Assembly (NCBI GenBank): GCA_045648365.1
Contig: JAZRNX010000017.1
Location: forward strand, 1-51,533
DNA length: 51,533 bases
DNA from: Acutalibacteraceae bacterium
GTDB taxonomy: Bacteria; Bacillota; Clostridia; Oscillospirales; Acutalibacteraceae
Direction: 5' to 3'
The notes under the pieces were generated by a model, which saw only the letters and a program-made list of their open reading frames with translations, made no database searches and was not told the DNA's origin. Positions 35,435-43,739 of the stretch are shown in pieces. A program made the position numbers and the translations under genes. Numbering within the stretch: position 1 is the first letter of the stretch; each line of letters opens with the position of its first letter.

Positions 35435-36106
35435 ATGATTTTCTTAAAAATTACGGGTATAATTTTAGGCGCTATTGCACTTTTGATTGCTACAATATTA
35501 TTAACTCCCGTAAAATTTCAAATCTCCTCAAAAAGCGGAAAGGAAATTAAATTTCGTTTGTTTTTAGGAATATTTAGAATTAATACGAAAAAAAATAAGC
35601 AAACCCAACCTAAAAATATAGAAAAATCCCAATCTAAAAAGAAAAAAGTATTGTCAGACAAAACAAAAAAACTGTTTGGCATAGATAAATTCGAAAACAT
35701 AAAAACACTTAAATACAATCTTAAAGAATCGGGATTCAAAGGCACTTTCGGTAAAAGTATCGAAATCACCAAATTTCTCATGAAACAACTGGGCAAACTT
35801 ATTTCAAAGGTAAAACTTGAAAAATTGCATATTCAATATGTTTGTGTTGGAGAGGATGCTGCCGATACCGCTGTAAAATATGGGATGTTAAGTGCATTTG
35901 TTTATCCTTTTGTGGCTTTACTTGAATCTTCTATGAACAGCAAAAAAAACAAACTTTCCGTTATTCTTAACTGCGATTTTGATAAAAAAGAAGCCGATTA
36001 CGAATTTATATGTGCAGTCAAGCTAAGAATAATTTATGCGCTTATAGTTTTTATCAAAACCGTTGTATTTTTGACTAAGGAGAACCAATGGGATGAAGAA
36101 AAGTAA
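35435..36106 (+). CDS. DUF2953/YtfI-like sporulation-associated membrane protein
   Basis: N-terminal TM helix, a Lys-rich linker, and a position directly upstream of and overlapping the ytfJ-like gene, as for ytfI-ytfJ in Bacillus. ATG 35435 has GGAGG 8 nt upstream; the track uses GTG 35426. Confidence 0.5.
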   Translation: MIFLKITGIILGAIALLIATILLTPVKFQISSKSGKEIKFRLFLGIFRINTKKNKQTQPKNIEKSQSKKKKVLSDKTKKLFGIDKFENIKTLKYNLKESGFKGTFGKSIEITKFLMKQLGKLISKVKLEKLHIQYVCVGEDAADTAVKYGMLSAFVYPFVALLESSMNSKKNKLSVILNCDFDKKEADYEFICAVKLRIIYALIVFIKTVVFLTKENQWDEEK

Positions 36107-36458
36107 ATCCGCCAAAGAACCGTCAAACATAGCAGAAATTATGAATATAACATTTGAAAAGACAACCGTTATCACCAATGAAAGCGTATTTGGTGACCCC
36201 ATAAGCAAAGACGGGGTCACAGTAATTCCCGTTTCCAAAATATCTGCAGGATTTGCCGGTGGCGGCGCAGAAATTATAAAAAGCAAAAAGCATAACTCTC
36301 CTGCGGGCGCAGGCGCAAAAATTGAAGTTACGCCTACCCACTTTGTTCAAATAAGCGGCGGGAAAGCCTCACTGGTTTCTGCACAAACATCAAAAAACAA
36401 TCCAGATGCTACAGATATAATTATTAAAGCGGTTAATTGTTTAATCAAGAAAAAATAA
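36093..36458 (+). CDS. ytfJ: GerW/YtfJ-family sporulation protein
   Basis: 121 aa. The core DGVTVIPVSKISAGFAGGGAE is the hallmark of the YtfJ/GerW family. Confidence 0.75.
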   Translation: MKKSKSAKEPSNIAEIMNITFEKTTVITNESVFGDPISKDGVTVIPVSKISAGFAGGGAEIIKSKKHNSPAGAGAKIEVTPTHFVQISGGKASLVSAQTSKNNPDATDIIIKAVNCLIKKK

Positions 36459-36488
36459 AACACGGCAGATTTTCTGCCGTGTTTTCCT
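36456..36488. terminator. bidirectional intrinsic terminator
   Basis: AAACACGGCAGA-ttt-TCTGCCGTGTTT between convergent genes. Confidence 0.75.
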
Positions 36489-36489
36489 T

Positions 36490-36852
36490 TTACTTATTCA
36501 AAATGTAGCGTTTCATTGCCTCGAAAGATTCATCGCTAATATGGTGCTCAATTTTACAAGCATCAGATTCAGCGGTTTCTCGGCTAACACCCAAACTTAC
36601 AAGAAAATTTTCAAGAAGTGTATGGCGGTTGTATATCTTTTCGGCAATTTCTAAACCTATATCCGTTAAGGTTAGAAAACCGTTTTTATCGACATTTATA
36701 TAACCTCCATTTTTAAGGAGACCCACTGCTCTGCTTACGCTCGGTTTTGAAAATCCCATATACTCACAAACATCGATTGAGCGCACCGCACCTTTTTTAT
36801 TAAGGATATATATGGTTTCAAGATACATCTCGCCCGATTCTTGTAGCGGCAT
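36490..36852 (-). CDS. DtxR/MntR-family metal-dependent transcriptional regulator (short form)
   Basis: N-terminal winged HTH (SGEMYLETIYIL...VSRAVGLLKNGGYI) and metal-site residues in the HTLLENFL...ACKIEHHIS segment. Confidence 0.8.
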   Translation of the reverse strand: MPLQESGEMYLETIYILNKKGAVRSIDVCEYMGFSKPSVSRAVGLLKNGGYINVDKNGFLTLTDIGLEIAEKIYNRHTLLENFLVSLGVSRETAESDACKIEHHISDESFEAMKRYILNK

Positions 36853-36863
36853 AGTAATCCTCC

Positions 36864-38342
36864 TTAAAATTTATCTTTATTCTCCTCGTAATTATCAGAT
36901 TCATCTGAATTAAAACCATCAATCACGGTAATATCATCAAAAGCGATACTATCATCGTCATCATTATCTTCTTGATTTCTGTAATATACAACCTTAAATA
37001 TGAACAAAACAATAAGCGCAATAACTGAAACAATTGAAATTCCTATTAGTATAACAACTATTTTAGCATTTGTTTTTAAATCCGCAAAATTAGCTAATAT
37101 ATTAACCTTCTGAGAGTCACTCTCTGCACTTACAACAAAATCGGGAGCTCTCTGAATGGTATTACCTACAGTATCGTAACGGTAATATCCTCTTTCACCG
37201 CCCCAATATGCATAAACAATATGAAAATCTTTTAAACGGGCATCAGTAAAACCGTATGTCGGGATACTTTGAGTGCCCAGAAGTATACTGCTCATATAAT
37301 AATCTTTACTAACCTCAAAATTAGTATTAGGAGCTTCAATTATATATAGATTTCCGCCTGAAATAATGTAGGGCAATTCCTTAAATTCTCCAGTAGAATC
37401 CAAATAGAACAAGATAGGTGTTTTTTCTGCATCTTCGTCAGCAGTAACATATGCAAGAGTATATTCACCCGCAGCATCTGTAAATGTATTAATTGTACTA
37501 TCTTTATAGGTTGCAGTTGAAGGAGTATAGCCACCGGGTGTGGGAAGTGCGGAAACGTCGGAAACAAGATGGTAATCCTTATTATTGAAAACAACTAATA
37601 ATGGGTCGTTTTCCCTCTCCTGCTGTTCCCAAAGTAATGTTTCTTCTTCTGTAAGACGCTTAATATTTACAGTATATGATTTTTTAGTTCCATTGGCAGC
37701 AGAAACTGTAATGGTCTTAATATTATCACCAACAGCCAAATCAAATGTACCGGCACCAACGACAGTAGAATTACCATCAGCAACACCTGCGGAAAGTGTT
37801 GCCTTATCAACACCGTATTTAACGGTAGCTGTATAGTTAGTAACATTAGGATTAAACGCAGGTGCAAGAACACCTCCGCTTACAGCCAATGAGCTGAGAT
37901 TTGCATTACCTGAAAGTGTTACCTTGGCAGTACCTGAAGCCGCTGCACTACCACCATCAGATATTACTTTTACAGATACATTGGCATCACCAACAGCGAC
38001 TGTCGAAAACGTTACAGTATATGTACCGCTTGTATGAACTGCGGTAGCGGTAGAAAGGTCATCGTCAACTATCTTAACACTATTGGTGCCAAGAGAATAT
38101 TCACCGCCGTTTACCGAGGTAACCTTTAAAACAGCATTGTTATAAACAATGTCAACCTCGTTAGCATAAATGGGCACGGTTGCATTATATTTGACGGTTA
38201 CTCTAACAGTTTCACCAAGAACATAACCGCTTTTATTAAATGATAGTAAAGCCTGTGCAGCCGATGAGCTAAAACTAAAAACAGAAATTAGTATCCCCAA
38301 AACTAATGTCAGGCATAATAGTAGTTTTAATGTTTTTTTCAT
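36864..38342 (-). CDS. surface protein: signal peptide, cohesin-like/Ig-like module, cadherin-like beta-sandwich domain, unknown domain, C-terminal TM anchor and acidic tail
   Basis: The N-terminal ~130 aa have a cohesin-like strand pattern (GETVRVTVKYNATVPIYANEVDIVYNNAVLKVTSV). LSSLAVSGGVLAPAFNPNVTNYTATV is the typical cadherin-like (PF12733-type) signature. A TM helix (AKIVVILIGISIVSVIALIVLFIF) is followed by a D/E-rich tail. Confidence 0.55.
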   Translation of the reverse strand: MKKTLKLLLCLTLVLGILISVFSFSSSAAQALLSFNKSGYVLGETVRVTVKYNATVPIYANEVDIVYNNAVLKVTSVNGGEYSLGTNSVKIVDDDLSTATAVHTSGTYTVTFSTVAVGDANVSVKVISDGGSAAASGTAKVTLSGNANLSSLAVSGGVLAPAFNPNVTNYTATVKYGVDKATLSAGVADGNSTVVGAGTFDLAVGDNIKTITVSAANGTKKSYTVNIKRLTEEETLLWEQQERENDPLLVVFNNKDYHLVSDVSALPTPGGYTPSTATYKDSTINTFTDAAGEYTLAYVTADEDAEKTPILFYLDSTGEFKELPYIISGGNLYIIEAPNTNFEVSKDYYMSSILLGTQSIPTYGFTDARLKDFHIVYAYWGGERGYYRYDTVGNTIQRAPDFVVSAESDSQKVNILANFADLKTNAKIVVILIGISIVSVIALIVLFIFKVVYYRNQEDNDDDDSIAFDDITVIDGFNSDESDNYEENKDKF

Positions 38343-38354
38343 AAACAGTCACCT

Positions 38355-39869
38355 TTAAGAAATTTTTTGAACACCGAGAATATCCTTCTTTATTGCTGCG
38401 AGGTCAAGAGCGTTAATCGCGCCATCACGGTTAACATCTGCGCTTAAACTTCCTACACCTTCAATATGAGCAATTCCAAGAATATGCTTTTTAACAGCAG
38501 CTAAATCAAGAGCGTTAATCACATTGTCGCCGTTTATATCACCTTTACGGTAAACCGTTTCCACTCCAGATGCACCTGAACCTTGAGTTCCGGGTTTAGG
38601 AGATATTTCGGCAGGAATTGTGGTAAAAACGGGTATTTTAAATTCCAAAGTTGCTTCGGTGTTATCAATATACGCCTTGCGCAGACGAACCGCACTTATA
38701 GAAGCATCATAGACGCTTTGAGCATATTGATGGTTGAAATTCAAATCGACAAGATTAAAATCTTTATAATAATATGTATCCTGTCCCTTTGAAATGTATC
38801 CCACATTATATTTAACCGCTCCACCGATTATGGATTTTTTTCTCGAATTCCAATCTTCTGAAACCGCGTATTTAAGTCCTGAAACTATAACATCATCATT
38901 TGTAGAACCAGAGGCGCCGAAATTAAAGAAATTGTAATAACCCAAGTAACCTTCACGAGTACCTGAAATAAGAGGTGAAGTACCTTCAACACCTTGTTCA
39001 AGGATTATTGTTGAGGCTAAAATATATGGACTAACTTCGGAAACAGTTGCCGCCTCAATAATGTCCTCGATATAAGCATCAACCTCAAAGATTCCGTCAC
39101 CGTCGCGGTCATATCCCTTTTCCAAAAATGTACCCTTAATAATGGTCCGCATAGTAGTTATAACTTTAGTCTTTTCTTCTTCAGTCTGATTAGCAATTTT
39201 ATAACTTTGCTTCATAAAGACATAAATTTCATTAGCATTAAGAGAATTTCGAGGGTCCATAAAATAAGCAATAGCGGGTTTAGAGGCACTAACCCAGTTG
39301 CCGTTATTAGTTTGCCACTCGCCATTGACAAGGCAACGGGGGTCACGCCATGCAGGATCACCACCCTGATATGTCATATGAACCTGCTTTCTGTTTTTAA
39401 CAGCATATTGGCGCTCAACCGCATCTTCAAAAGAAATGGTCACGGGGTCAGCAATAAACACCCAATTAGGATAGATTTTTTTGAGGGCGCGTAATGATTC
39501 TCGATAACTTTCGGGAAATGATTCAAGTTGCTTTTCAAAATCGGCCGTCAAGTCCTGATTAGAAAAGAATTTTAAATAAATACCATAAACATAACCCGTA
39601 TAGGTGTTATCAAGTGTTGAAACTTTATACCAAGTTGTATATCCATCGTTAACTGGCTCGCCGATAACCTCTTCATGTATAACAACATTAACTCTGCTGA
39701 GCTGAGTGACGACAGGACTTGCTACATTGGGACCCTCGCGCAAATTTACTCCTTCCCCAATTATGTAACCGTTAGCATCAACCGTTTCGGCGAGCGCGGT
39801 TACCGAGAACACAGAGATAAAGAGCGAAAGACAAAGCAGGAAGCTAATTATCTTTACTGTTTTTGACAT
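38355..39869 (-). CDS. secreted SH3b + N-acetylglucosaminidase (GH73-like) peptidoglycan hydrolase with C-terminal dockerin
   Basis: Signal peptide and an SH3b-like GVNLREGPN...WYKV segment. A glucosaminidase-like core follows (ILASTIILEQGVEGTSPL...YYNFFNFGASG). The two C-terminal dockerin Ca-binding repeats are GDINGDNVINALDLAAVKKHILG and DVNRDGAINALDLAAIKKDILG. Confidence 0.75.
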   Translation of the reverse strand: MSKTVKIISFLLCLSLFISVFSVTALAETVDANGYIIGEGVNLREGPNVASPVVTQLSRVNVVIHEEVIGEPVNDGYTTWYKVSTLDNTYTGYVYGIYLKFFSNQDLTADFEKQLESFPESYRESLRALKKIYPNWVFIADPVTISFEDAVERQYAVKNRKQVHMTYQGGDPAWRDPRCLVNGEWQTNNGNWVSASKPAIAYFMDPRNSLNANEIYVFMKQSYKIANQTEEEKTKVITTMRTIIKGTFLEKGYDRDGDGIFEVDAYIEDIIEAATVSEVSPYILASTIILEQGVEGTSPLISGTREGYLGYYNFFNFGASGSTNDDVIVSGLKYAVSEDWNSRKKSIIGGAVKYNVGYISKGQDTYYYKDFNLVDLNFNHQYAQSVYDASISAVRLRKAYIDNTEATLEFKIPVFTTIPAEISPKPGTQGSGASGVETVYRKGDINGDNVINALDLAAVKKHILGIAHIEGVGSLSADVNRDGAINALDLAAIKKDILGVQKIS

Positions 39870-39912
39870 ATTATAACTCCAAACAAAAAAATATTACAAA
39901 ATATTACACCTT

Positions 39913-39941
39913 ATTATATATCCAAATAAAATTACTGTCAA
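39913..39941 (-). promoter_or_regulatory. consensus sigma-A promoter of the dockerin-hydrolase/cohesin-like operon
   Basis: The minus strand reads TTGACA-N17-TATAAT. Confidence 0.55.
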
Positions 39942-40006
39942 CCACCAAGATTTGCATATAAGCAATTAAGACACTTCACAAAGCAGTAAAGTGTCTTAAC
40001 ATGAAT

Positions 40007-40696
40007 TTATTCAGATATAGTGAAAACTACACCGTTCATTTTTTCAATATCTATTCTTGACTGACCACACTTTTTAACATCCGAAGTTGTAATTAAAATA
40101 CCAATATGTCCTTCTGCACCGCTTTTAGCTGGAATCACTTCTAAAATGCAGTCATTATCAAATAACTCTTTAATTTTATCAGTAATAACACCCGAAGCGG
40201 ATAAATCATCAATCTCAATGTAAAGGTGAGCAACCGCTTTTCTTCTTCTTTCAATTCTTGTAAGAAAGGCTGCAGTAAAAATACAAGCAATCATTGCAAT
40301 AAAGGCGCCGCTGTAAAATCCCATGCCGAGAGCGATACCTATAGCAGCAGTTGTCCACATACCAGCAGCGGTTGTAAGACCAGTAATTGTATTTGTGTTT
40401 TTTACAACTATCATACCTGCACCCAGAAAACCGATGCCAGAAATTACCTGAGCAGCAATTCTGAAAGGGTCGCCGTTATATCCGAGTATTTCAGTTGAAA
40501 AAAGACCTGCCATAGCAGTCATAGAAGCACCCAGACAAACTAATATATGAGTTCGAAGACCCGCCTGGCTACCATGTTTTCCTCGTTCGTTACCTATGAT
40601 TCCGCCAAATATACCTGCGAGCACAATTCTCAAAATAACAGTAAAGATATCAAGAGAGCTATTGTATAATAAAAAATTGGTTAATAAATTTTCCAT
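40007..40696 (-). CDS. mgtC: MgtC/SapB-family membrane protein
   Basis: 229 aa with an N-terminal 4-5 TM MgtC domain (GIIGNERGKHGSQAGLRTHILV) and a C-terminal ACT-like soluble domain. Confidence 0.85.
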   Translation of the reverse strand: MENLLTNFLLYNSSLDIFTVILRIVLAGIFGGIIGNERGKHGSQAGLRTHILVCLGASMTAMAGLFSTEILGYNGDPFRIAAQVISGIGFLGAGMIVVKNTNTITGLTTAAGMWTTAAIGIALGMGFYSGAFIAMIACIFTAAFLTRIERRRKAVAHLYIEIDDLSASGVITDKIKELFDNDCILEVIPAKSGAEGHIGILITTSDVKKCGQSRIDIEKMNGVVFTISE

Positions 40697-40721
40697 AGAA
40701 CCTCACACTTTAATATTTATT

Positions 40722-41702
40722 TTACGGTAGATTTACAAAGGTATCAGTAGATTTATATGCAACACCTAAATCAATCTTGTCGTTATATGCCATTAATAAT
40801 TCGGGCACTGTTACAAATGTATATCCTTCGGTCGCCTTATCTTCAATATATTTAAGAGATGCTACAACAGAAGGTTCTTTTACATGCAAAAGAACAATAC
40901 TACCTTGCTCAACATTCATTAAATCTGTATAAATATCATCCGCGGACCTGCTACCATCTGAATCGTTAAAACCGATATTGGCATCAACCAAAACAAGATT
41001 GTTATTAATGGAAATAGATTTTGCATCATACTTACCGTTACTTGTATTACCTGCACCTGATTTAGCATAAATCAGGCCTGGTACACGAAGTAAAAAATCG
41101 TTGTATCCATATTTCTTTTGCAATATTTCAGAAAGTTCAAGAACATCTTTATCTGGGTCAAGAGGTGTTACCCTATCAGAATTTGTTGCGTGATAAAGGG
41201 GTACATGTGACATTGAGTGATTACCAACAATATGCCCTTCACTTATCATTGTTTGAATAAGCAAGGCGTTTGAATCTTTAATCTGTTTGCCGACTATAAA
41301 AAAGCATACGGGAACATTTAGTTTTTTAAGACCATCAAGTAAGTTTTTCGTATCGTCATTTGGTGCATCATCAAAAGTCAAAGCAACCAATTTATCGTTT
41401 TTGTTAAAGGCAATTTTGGCCCATTCGTATGCCGTTGATATATCACCATTTACACCCTTCACAACTGACTCACGGCCATATTTAATGAGCAATTTATGGA
41501 TGTCGTCACAATATGAAGTGAGTTGCTTATTATATTCTACAAGCCAATCTAATTGTTCTTCGTCAGTTTTTCCAGAGTATGTAGAAAAATTAAGTTCAGA
41601 ATATGTTTTGCCAAGTTTGGTTATTTCGCTTTGATAAATATAAATCTTTTCTTCAAGAATTTTATTTTTATCTCTATAATTGTCAATCACATAATTCGCC
41701 AA
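40722..41702 (-). CDS. polysaccharide deacetylase (NodB homology domain) with N-terminal coiled-coil region
   Basis: NodB motifs LTFDDAP, GNHSMSH and LLHV. It uses a TTG start with a GGTGA RBS. I detected no obvious signal peptide. Confidence 0.75.
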   Translation of the reverse strand: MANYVIDNYRDKNKILEEKIYIYQSEITKLGKTYSELNFSTYSGKTDEEQLDWLVEYNKQLTSYCDDIHKLLIKYGRESVVKGVNGDISTAYEWAKIAFNKNDKLVALTFDDAPNDDTKNLLDGLKKLNVPVCFFIVGKQIKDSNALLIQTMISEGHIVGNHSMSHVPLYHATNSDRVTPLDPDKDVLELSEILQKKYGYNDFLLRVPGLIYAKSGAGNTSNGKYDAKSISINNNLVLVDANIGFNDSDGSRSADDIYTDLMNVEQGSIVLLHVKEPSVVASLKYIEDKATEGYTFVTVPELLMAYNDKIDLGVAYKSTDTFVNLP

Positions 41703-41845
41703 AAATCATCACCCTTTGCTAATTTAAAAAGCTCGGCAGTTAATCTATTGGTAAGTTAATTATACACCTCTTTACTACCAATTGTCTATAAAATATTAAA
41801 AATTGATAGTAAATCTGTTTTCATCAATTAAATTTTAATTTATTA

Positions 41846-41879
41846 AGAAAAAACAAAAGCGGTCAAACGACCGCTTTTT
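41846..41879 (-). terminator. intrinsic terminator after the GH13 gene
   Basis: AAAAGCGGTC-aaac-GACCGCTTTT followed on the minus strand by gTTTTTT. The stem touches the stop codon. Confidence 0.75.
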
Positions 41880-43737
41880 ATTCACCTATTATTATAGAAT
41901 AACCATCTTTTTCAACTGTTATTTTCCCGCTTTCATCTACACCGCCGAAGCGTTTTACTGAATTTTCAAACACATTCGCCAAATCGAACTGAAAATCTCC
42001 AAAACCACGATTAACAATAGTAACGGCTTTGGAATTTTCGCAGGAACGAGAAAAAACTAAGACCCCATCCTTGTTATATAATAAATCGAAATTCCCGTTT
42101 TGGTAGGCATTGCAACTGCGTCTCATGTTGCCGATTTTTTTATAAAATTCTAAAATCTCCATATCCTCATTACCCCAAGGATATGCGCCTCTGCAAAATG
42201 GGTCTCCAAACCCCTGCATTCCTACCTCATCTCCGTAATATACCGAAGGCACACCAGGTAATGTATATTGAAGTACAGCGGCAATATACAAATATTTTTT
42301 TGCTAAATCATACTGAAATTCATCAAGCCGCACACCCGATTCTTCAGCTCTTCTCATAGAATTACCATCGCCTAAAACAAGGCGTGTAATAGCTCTAGCG
42401 GTATCGTGGGTGCCTATATGATTCATAAGAACATCGGTAACAAATTTAGGATAATTTTCTAGTATCTCGAAAACTGTATCAACAAAAATTTGCCCATTAC
42501 CCGACCTTACATATTCAATAATGGCATTTGCGAACGGATAATTCATAACAGAATCTAATTGACTGCCCCTTATAAATCTTCGGCGTACTCCATAACTAAT
42601 TTTATTAGAAGCATCTTCCCAAACTTCACCCAGTAAAAATCCGTCTTTATCCTCCGTTTTTATAGCAAGTCGCACTTTATCTAAAAACTCGTCAGGTAAT
42701 TCATCGGCTACATCAAGTCGAAATCCTTTAACGCCTTTTTTCATCCAGTAACGAATAACGCCATTTTCACCCGTTATAAATTGCGAAAAACTATCATCGT
42801 TTTCGTTAACTTCGGGTAAAGTTTTAATTCCCCACCAAGAAGCATAATCATCTTTATGACTGCCAAATTTATACCAACATCTATATGGAGAACTTCCATC
42901 ATTATACGCGCCGCTTTGACCGTATCTACCTTTGCGGTTAAAATAAATACTATCATCGCCTGTGTGTGAAAAAACACCGTCGAGAATTATATAAATACCA
43001 AGGTTTTCAGCATCTTTACATAATTCCTCTAGGTCTTTTTCATTTCCAAGTATGGCATCTATTTTCATATAATCGGCTGTATTGTAACGATGGTTTGAAT
43101 GGGCTTCAAATATGGGGTTTAAATATATACAGTTAACGCCCAAATCCTTTAAATAAGGCAATTTTTCTTTAATTCCCTTAAGGTCACCGCCATAATAATC
43201 ATTTCCCAGCGTACACAATTCACTGCTTTGACGGTATTCCGGTTCTTTAAACCAATCGTAATTTATATATCTATCGCTCGGTATATCGGTTTTCTCCGCG
43301 CCCGAGTTATAAAATCGGTCTGGAAAAATTTGATATATTATACCGCCTTTTATCCAATCAGGAACCTTAAAATCCTTCTCATAAACCGTTAATTGCCAAG
43401 GCATACAAGTATCTCTTGAAACAACACCAAGATTTGTTCCTTGCTTTGTTATGAAAAAATCACCGTAATCGCTGGTATATTTAAAACAATAGAAATATAG
43501 ACCTTCTGCATGTTGTATATCGCAGTCATAAAACCGATAATTTTCGAGGGTTTCTCTGGGTGCCATTTCAATATATGTATAATCGGCATCCATATCGTTT
43601 TTAATCATAAGATATACATTGTGTACATGGGCATCAAAATGCAAAAGCACTCTAAGCCGCAAGGTTTCCCCTGCGGCTAAAGCACCAATTTTAGACCTAT
43701 AAAGTTTATTTCTCGAATCGAAAGGATAATATTCCAT
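41878..43737 (-). CDS. cytoplasmic GH13 alpha-glucosidase/neopullulanase-type enzyme
   Basis: N-terminal E-set domain plus conserved GH13 regions (IYLNPIF, GFRLDVADE, GEVWED, NHIGTHD). No signal peptide. Confidence 0.9.
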   Translation of the reverse strand: MEYYPFDSRNKLYRSKIGALAAGETLRLRVLLHFDAHVHNVYLMIKNDMDADYTYIEMAPRETLENYRFYDCDIQHAEGLYFYCFKYTSDYGDFFITKQGTNLGVVSRDTCMPWQLTVYEKDFKVPDWIKGGIIYQIFPDRFYNSGAEKTDIPSDRYINYDWFKEPEYRQSSELCTLGNDYYGGDLKGIKEKLPYLKDLGVNCIYLNPIFEAHSNHRYNTADYMKIDAILGNEKDLEELCKDAENLGIYIILDGVFSHTGDDSIYFNRKGRYGQSGAYNDGSSPYRCWYKFGSHKDDYASWWGIKTLPEVNENDDSFSQFITGENGVIRYWMKKGVKGFRLDVADELPDEFLDKVRLAIKTEDKDGFLLGEVWEDASNKISYGVRRRFIRGSQLDSVMNYPFANAIIEYVRSGNGQIFVDTVFEILENYPKFVTDVLMNHIGTHDTARAITRLVLGDGNSMRRAEESGVRLDEFQYDLAKKYLYIAAVLQYTLPGVPSVYYGDEVGMQGFGDPFCRGAYPWGNEDMEILEFYKKIGNMRRSCNAYQNGNFDLLYNKDGVLVFSRSCENSKAVTIVNRGFGDFQFDLANVFENSVKRFGGVDESGKITVEKDGYSIIIGE

Positions 43738-43739
43738 AA

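Noticed and set aside
38370-38560. Internal nucleotide repeat near the 3' end of gene 38355-39869.
   Set aside because: It is the duplicated ~22-aa calcium-binding segment expected of a dockerin module, not a mobile or regulatory repeat.
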